Source of the DNA: Patescibacteria group bacterium
GTDB lineage: Bacteria > Patescibacteriota > JACPGU01
Direction: 5' to 3'
Assembly (NCBI GenBank): GCA_022703645.1
Contig: JAKLDG010000001.1
Span: 733,254 to 797,253 of the forward strand
Length of the DNA stretch: 64,000 nt
Under the pieces are notes generated by a model, which saw only the letters and a program-made list of their open reading frames with translations, searched no databases and was not told where the DNA came from. This document shows positions 59,839 to 64,000 of the stretch, one piece after another; position 1 is the stretch's first letter, and every line of letters begins with the position of its first letter. A program made the position numbers and the translations under genes.

Positions 59839-59929
59839 TAATAATACTAAAGGTTTTTTGTACTTTGAAATTTTTTTTGCAACCAACCTTCCAGCTGGAA
59901 GGGAAAAAACTTGATAGGAGATTATAGAA

Positions 59930-60379
59930 ATGAACGAGAAAACAAAAATACGAATTGGCACTTTGATTTTGATACTAGGGTCATTTTTTCTCCTAGTAAT
60001 ACTGCATAATTACATTCCTGTTCTATTAGAAATGAAAGATCACGCACAAGAAAGTTCGATATCACCATCAGAAAAAGACGAAAACGTCACGCTGAAACAA
60101 CCCGACTTTTCTTCACCGTTTTTTACTGATTTTGTTGAAGACCATTCTGTCGTTAATGGAAAAGTACGCATCATAGCTATGGGCAATAAACCGAGCAGTT
60201 GCTTAAAGCTTTTCGCGCAAGACAACGACAAGAAGAAAAAGCGGCTCGTTGAATCCTTCAATGACCCGACAAAACCAACGTGGAAAGACACATTCATTAT
60301 TAAGGAAAAAAATAATATGTCGTATTGGTGTGAAGATGCTAATGGCCACAAAAGTACTGTTGTGTGGCTCGATAGATAA
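59930..60379 (+). CDS. Hypothetical membrane-anchored exported protein
   Basis: N-terminal TM anchor; 149 aa; terminator follows. Confidence 0.5.
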   Translation: MNEKTKIRIGTLILILGSFFLLVILHNYIPVLLEMKDHAQESSISPSEKDENVTLKQPDFSSPFFTDFVEDHSVVNGKVRIIAMGNKPSSCLKLFAQDNDKKKKRLVESFNDPTKPTWKDTFIIKEKNNMSYWCEDANGHKSTVVWLDR

Positions 60380-60400
60380 TTACATTAATTACGAAATTTG

Positions 60401-60437
60401 CGTTCCGAATTTTTACAATTCGGAACGTTTTTATTTT
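60401..60437 (+). terminator. Intrinsic terminator (cgttccgaat...attcggaacg + T5)
   Basis: 10-bp perfect stem with a T-run. Confidence 0.7.
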
Positions 60438-60485
60438 TGCAAAAAAGCTCTTGCAAGTAAAAAGGTTAGAATGATATTATAATAA

Positions 60486-60608
60486 CAATGAAATTTTCAA
60501 TTTTACAATTTACAATTTTCAATCAATATTTCAATAATCCAATATCCCAAATATAATCGCGAAGCGATACCCACAATGAAAATTGAGAACTGAAAATTGA
60601 AAATTTAT
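60486..60608. repeat. AT-rich repeat region: direct repeats of (a)caatttt/ttcaat units in imperfect inverted orientation, flanking a small hairpin atcgcGAAgcgat
   Basis: aaattttcaattttacaatttacaattttcaat at 60490-60522 and its approximate reverse complement at 60575-60606. Confidence 0.5.
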
Positions 60609-60648
60609 TATCGTTTAAATAAGAAAAAATAATACTAAACCAATAGCT

Positions 60649-60882
60649 ATGTCAAACAAAATAATTAAAGTTGGTTCTTCTGCCGCAGTTACAATCCCAA
60701 AAAAAGTTTTAAAATCTATGTCGATCGACATTGGTGATAATGTTTTCGTCAGCGTTGATGCAAAAAATCGCAGGTTTATTATTGAGCCAGTAGTGAATTT
60801 CAAGCTCGAAGAAGAAAGGGCATTAAGAATCGATGAATTTATCCGAAGATATAAAAAAGACCTGGAAAAGGTCTCTGAATAA
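60649..60882 (+). CDS. AbrB/MazE (SpoVT-AbrB fold) family antitoxin
   Basis: IIKVGSSAAVTIPKKVLKSMSIDIGD is a swapped-hairpin beta-barrel signature. 77 aa. Confidence 0.7.
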   Translation: MSNKIIKVGSSAAVTIPKKVLKSMSIDIGDNVFVSVDAKNRRFIIEPVVNFKLEEERALRIDEFIRRYKKDLEKVSE

Positions 60883-60907
60883 GATCCAAAATTAATAATC
60901 ATTATTT

Positions 60908-61279
60908 ATGAATTACCTATCTCCACAGGAAGTATTATATATTCACAATCAAATTATTGATGAACTTCACGGAACACACGGCGTATCAAATTCATTGGTT
61001 TTAAAGAAACTCATGAATTATATACGCAATAATGATATTTTTCGCGACAAAAATGCTAAAGCGGCCGCGCTTTTCTTTGGTATTTCAAAAAGAAGGCCTT
61101 TTATAGAAAAAAATATCGAAACCGCCATCACTGCAACAAATATTTTTCTCGGTATTAATGGTTCAGGTTTTGAGATAGACACACCTACTTTCCGCAACTT
61201 TATTAAATACGAATTACCACATGCAAAAGTTGAGGATATTCAGAAGTTTATTACGCAAAATTCATTTTTAACTCCATAA
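60908..61279 (+). CDS. Doc (death-on-curing)/Fic-fold family toxin-like protein with degenerate catalytic motif
   Basis: N-terminal LSPQEVLYIHNQII...G aligns with Doc ISPEELIALHD...G. The HxFx(D/N)GNKR position reads RPFIEKNIETA. Confidence 0.5.
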   Translation: MNYLSPQEVLYIHNQIIDELHGTHGVSNSLVLKKLMNYIRNNDIFRDKNAKAAALFFGISKRRPFIEKNIETAITATNIFLGINGSGFEIDTPTFRNFIKYELPHAKVEDIQKFITQNSFLTP

Positions 61280-61366
61280 TTGATTTTTCCATCACTTTTT
61301 GTTAATATATTTAATAGCATTGCTAAATGCCTTTTTAAGTATTGTATTTTGCGAATCGCGACGTGC

Positions 61367-61439
61367 GCGCGTGTAGCTCAGTGGTTAGAGCACCACCCTT
61401 ATAAGGTGGGGGTCGATGGTTCAAGTCCATCCACGCGCA
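61367..61439 (+). tRNA. tRNA-Ile(UAU)
   Basis: GCGCGTG-TA-GCTC-AGTGGTTA-GAGC-A-CCACC-CTTATAA-GGTGG-GGGTC-GATGG-TTCAAGT-CCATC-CACGCGC-A; anticodon TAT. Confidence 0.8.
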
Positions 61440-61458
61440 TTTAAACAAAAAAGTATTA

Positions 61459-61916
61459 TGCAAGAAATTTTAAGATTTCTAAAAAAACAAAATAGGTTAA
61501 CAAAAGTCATATTTGGGACAGTAATTATGATTGGGTTGGTATTGTATTCATTGCTTGGGATTATTTATAAAAATTATAATATTAACAAACAGAGCCAAGA
61601 TAATATTAATGAAATAAATAGGCTATCGCAAGATAACCTTGATCAACAGAGCAAAATATTGTATTATAGTACAAACGCTTATGCAGAGAAGGTTTTGAGG
61701 GAAAAACTAGGATACCAGAAAGAAGGCGAAAGAGTATATGCCCTTCCTCGAACTGACCCTGAAAGGGAAAAACTAATCGCTGAACAAAAAAAGTTCCAAG
61801 AAACACAGGACAAAAAACCAAATCCCTTAAAATGGTTTGAATTTTTCTTCACAGATAAAAATGATATTACGGCAACAATCCAAAATCTTTCAAATCCAAC
61901 GCAAGTAGGAAATTAA
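61459..61916 (+). CDS. Hypothetical single-TM protein. The 61416 start in the ORF track overlaps the tRNA; the ATG at 61459 is preferred.
   Basis: MQEILRFLKK...; TM helix VIFGTVIMIGLVLYSLLGIIY; Gln/Asn-rich. Confidence 0.45.
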
Positions 61917-62052
61917 TAAATATTAGCACGAAAGAATCTACACCTTTAAAATATTTAGCAGGATTCTTTCGTAAAAGGAGCAATTGTGAAGTGGCTGTAA
62001 GAAAAATTTTAATAAATTTTTATGAAAGCTAACGAAACAAATTGCAACGCAA

Positions 62053-62126
<74 letters not shown>

Positions 62127-62129
62127 TTT

Positions 62130-62203
62130 GGCTGGGTAGCTCAGTTGGTTAGAGCGCAGGACTCATAAGCCTGAGGTCGTGAGTTCGATTCTCACCCCAG
62201 CTA
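62130..62203 (+). tRNA. tRNA-Met(CAU), elongator type (an Ile2/lysidine CAU tRNA is not formally excluded)
   Basis: GGCTGGG-TA-GCTC-AGTTGGTTA-GAGC, CTCATAA loop and T-arm GTGAG-TTCGATT-CTCAC. Resembles the E. coli elongator Met D-arm. Confidence 0.75.
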
Positions 62204-62213
62204 CTTAGTAAAA

Positions 62214-62247
62214 GAAAAAATTCCGATTTTTATCGGAATTTTTTCTT
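62214..62247. terminator. Bidirectional terminator (aaaaaattccgat...atcggaatttttt) between the tRNA cluster and valS
   Basis: 8-bp stem with A/T runs on both sides. Confidence 0.65.
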
Positions 62248-62252
62248 TTAAA

Positions 62253-64000
62253 TTATTTAATCCAGTCCTCTATCATCAAAAATTCTTTTTTATTCTCAAT
62301 CGGTAGTATCTGATAAATCTCTTCAGTAATAAATGGAATAATCGGATGAAGCATAATTAGAGATTCTTTTAGAATATACAATAGATTATCTCGCGCTTCT
62401 TTTATCAATTTTTCATCTGGATTTTCTGGCAATGGATAGGGAATTTGATTTTTTGCTTTTTCAATGTAAATATCACAGAATTCATGCCAAAAGAAATGAT
62501 AGATTGATTCGGCTGCTTGGCCAAAGCGATATTTTTCTAAATCTTCATTATAGGTCTTTTTTATTTCTTCAAGCTTTGATTTAATCTCTTTATCTGCATC
62601 AGTATTTTCAGTAAAATTTAATTCCCCCTTTTGTTCATAATCCCCGAGTTTCATTTGAACAAAACGCGTTGCATTCCAAATTTTATTCATAAATGTTTTT
62701 GCCATCTTTAATGTATCTTCGGCAACGCGAAGATCTTGTGTCCCAGTAACCTGATAAATCAAAGAGAACCTCATTGCATCTGCCCCATATTGTTCGATTA
62801 AATCCATTGGGTTCACAACATTCCCTTTTGATTTACTCATCTTCTTTCCAGCCGTATCGCGTACCATTCCATGCAGGTATACTGTTTCAAAAGGAATTTT
62901 ACCGGTCATATAAACCCCTAACATTATCATTCTAGCAACCCAAAAGAAAAGAATATCATATCCAGTTTCCATTACTGATGTCGGATAAAAATATTTGAAA
63001 TCTTCATTTTCCGGATAACCAAGGGTAACAAAAGGCCATTGCCCCGAAGAAAACCAGGTATCAAAGCTATCTTGATCCTGTTCAAGATTAGTTGAACCGC
63101 ATTTACATTTTTCGGGTGTTTCACCTTCGGTAATCAACCACTGCCCGCAATTTTTGCATTGCCACGCAGGAATTCGTATTCCCCATACTATTTGTCGGGA
63201 AATATTCCAATCATAAATGTTATCCAACCAGTTATAATAAACCTTTTCATAGTTTTCAGGAATAATTTTCACTTCTCCATTTTTAACAACCTTTATAGCT
63301 TTTTCTGCGAGACCTTTCATCTTGATATACCACTGCGAAAGCGGAAGTGGTTCGATCACAGTCCCACATTTATAACATTTTCCGATAACATTTTTGTATT
63401 TTTCTGTTTTTTCTACCAATCCTCGCTGTTCTAGTATCTCCATTATCTTTTCCCTAGCTTGTTTAACATTTAATCCTTCAAGTCCCCCCGCTTCTTTTGT
63501 CATTTTTCCATTAAACCCGATTACTTGAATGAGAGGCATTCCATGACGTTTACCAGCTTCAAAATCATTCTCATCATGCGCAGGAGTAAGCTTTACCGCA
63601 CCTGTACCAAACGCTAAATCAACAAAATCATCAGCTACAATAGGCATTTCTCTTTCATTAAATGGGTTTAGAACAGTTTTACCGACCAGATCTTTGTATC
63701 TTTCATCTTTGGGGTTTACAGCGATGCCAGTGTCCCCTGGAATGGTTTCCGGACGTGTTGTAGCCACCGTAATATACTTATCTGAGTCTTTCACTTTACA
63801 CTTAATATAATAAAGGCCGCATTCTTGTTCTTCGTGCTGTACTTCTAGATCGGAAAACCCCGTACCATGCGTAGTACAATAATTAACAAGCCTGCTGTCG
63901 CGATAAAGCAACCCATCATCATTTAATTTCTTAAATGTTTTATAAACCCTAGAGATAATATCTGGATCAAGAGTAAATTTCTCACGAGTCCAATCAAGCG
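62253..64000 (-). CDS. valS: Valyl-tRNA synthetase, C-terminal ~580 aa; gene continues beyond window end
   Basis: KMSKSKGNVVNP motif and C-terminal coiled coil. The frame stays open to coordinate 64000 (…VYKTFKKLNDDGLLYRDSRLVN). Confidence 0.9.
   Translation of the reverse strand, partial: LDWTREKFTLDPDIISRVYKTFKKLNDDGLLYRDSRLVNYCTTHGTGFSDLEVQHEEQECGLYYIKCKVKDSDKYITVATTRPETIPGDTGIAVNPKDERYKDLVGKTVLNPFNEREMPIVADDFVDLAFGTGAVKLTPAHDENDFEAGKRHGMPLIQVIGFNGKMTKEAGGLEGLNVKQAREKIMEILEQRGLVEKTEKYKNVIGKCYKCGTVIEPLPLSQWYIKMKGLAEKAIKVVKNGEVKIIPENYEKVYYNWLDNIYDWNISRQIVWGIRIPAWQCKNCGQWLITEGETPEKCKCGSTNLEQDQDSFDTWFSSGQWPFVTLGYPENEDFKYFYPTSVMETGYDILFFWVARMIMLGVYMTGKIPFETVYLHGMVRDTAGKKMSKSKGNVVNPMDLIEQYGADAMRFSLIYQVTGTQDLRVAEDTLKMAKTFMNKIWNATRFVQMKLGDYEQKGELNFTENTDADKEIKSKLEEIKKTYNEDLEKYRFGQAAESIYHFFWHEFCDIYIEKAKNQIPYPLPENPDEKLIKEARDNLLYILKESLIMLHPIIPFITEEIYQILPIENKKEFLMIEDWIK

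Noticed and set aside
61416-61458. ORF-track start of 61416..61916 overlapping tRNA-Ile
   Set aside because: The first 43 nt are the 3' part of the tRNA; the downstream ATG at 61459 is the plausible start.

Overview
This is an AT-rich (~30% GC), tightly packed bacterial window, mostly coded on the minus strand. Gene content is small-genome-like: a short 337-aa pyruvate kinase, a membrane H+-pyrophosphatase and few biosynthetic genes. It resembles CPR/Patescibacteria or a similar reduced bacterium; that assignment is inference from composition and gene content only.

Core housekeeping genes found: truB, rpoD, dnaG, recA-recX, pyk, ftsK, hppA, RNase J, pnp-rpsO, an NrnA-like DHH phosphoesterase, yajQ and partial valS. 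There is a cell-surface glycan cluster at 0.3-6.1 kb (two GT4 glycosyltransferases, a Wzx-like flippase, a SAM methyltransferase and an O-antigen-ligase-like protein). Eight tRNA genes are present; one of the two tRNA-Asn(GUU) genes carries a group I intron in the anticodon loop.

The accessory content lies between ~14.4 kb and the tRNA-Asn pair at ~36.9-37.4 kb. It contains:
- a 1606-aa STAND NTPase with Avs4-like architecture (N-terminal Mrr-like nuclease motif, NB-ARC-type Walker A/B and hhhhTTR motifs, long helical C-terminus);
- four co-oriented genes of unknown function downstream of it (two are membrane proteins, one has zinc ribbons);
- a restriction-modification system with an AlwI/BstNBI-like type IIS endonuclease and two separate methyltransferases (Dam-like alpha-class and DpnA-like beta-class);
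- a ~5 kb element on the opposite strand with a consensus promoter, a ~130-nt terminated leader, a ParB-N/methyltransferase fusion, small and large terminase subunits and a large serine recombinase, but no capsid genes;
- two tandem secreted paralogs, a ricin-type lectin and an HGSNAT-like membrane acyltransferase.

Smaller observations: an AbrB/MazE-Doc-like toxin-antitoxin pair with a degenerate Fic motif behind an AT-repeat region; a tRNA-Ile(UAU); two GC-rich noncoding islands with intrinsic terminators (candidate sRNAs); and a 47%-GC orphan ORF. No CRISPR array and no rRNA were seen.
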